From Octopus sinensis (taxonomy: Eukaryota): DNA of 64,000 nt. The stretch is from positions 101,618,001 through 101,682,000 of the forward strand of contig NC_042997.1 of assembly GCF_006345805.1 (NCBI RefSeq), written 5' to 3'. Positions 63,966 through 64,000 of this stretch are shown here, piece after piece (position 1 is the stretch's first letter; the number at the start of each line of letters is the position of its first letter). Below the pieces are notes generated by a model. The model saw nothing but the letters and a program-made list of their open reading frames with translations, was not told the origin of the DNA and ran no database searches. The translations under genes and the position numbers were made by a program.

Positions 63966-64000
63966 TATCAATGTCATCTTCATTTAGCAGGAATCTTTCC

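Overview
AT-rich, microsatellite-dense metazoan DNA, most likely an octopus. That assignment is inferred from composition and SINE/LINE types, not from a database search. One protein-coding gene can be assembled on the + strand: a nuclear receptor of the NR1H (EcR/LXR/FXR) group. It has six coding exons (3084-3341, 6155-6295, 8170-8462, 12503-12667, 14555-14777, 17462-17700), all GT-AG and phase-compatible. The DNA-binding domain is conventional; the ligand pocket and AF-2 helix are strongly divergent. Any 5' exon lies outside the window or was not recognised. No second gene was found in 20-64 kb, which is mostly decayed mobile elements: three stacked R4/Dong-type 3' ends, RTE, CR1/L2-like and Penelope relics, one mariner and two maT/DD37D-like transposons, a Helitron-like element, several tRNA-derived SINE families, TTAA MITEs and many foldback elements. 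The most notable signal is a set of minimal type-I hammerhead-ribozyme-like folds showing three different base pairs at core positions 3-8 (C-G, G-C, U-A). They lie inside long inverted-repeat cassettes, a Penelope-type terminal repeat and a 546-bp tandem/inverted array. A second oddity is a ~190-bp CpG-rich (~65% GC), self-complementary island fused to a young LINE-type tail. All alignments, counts and folds were done by eye.
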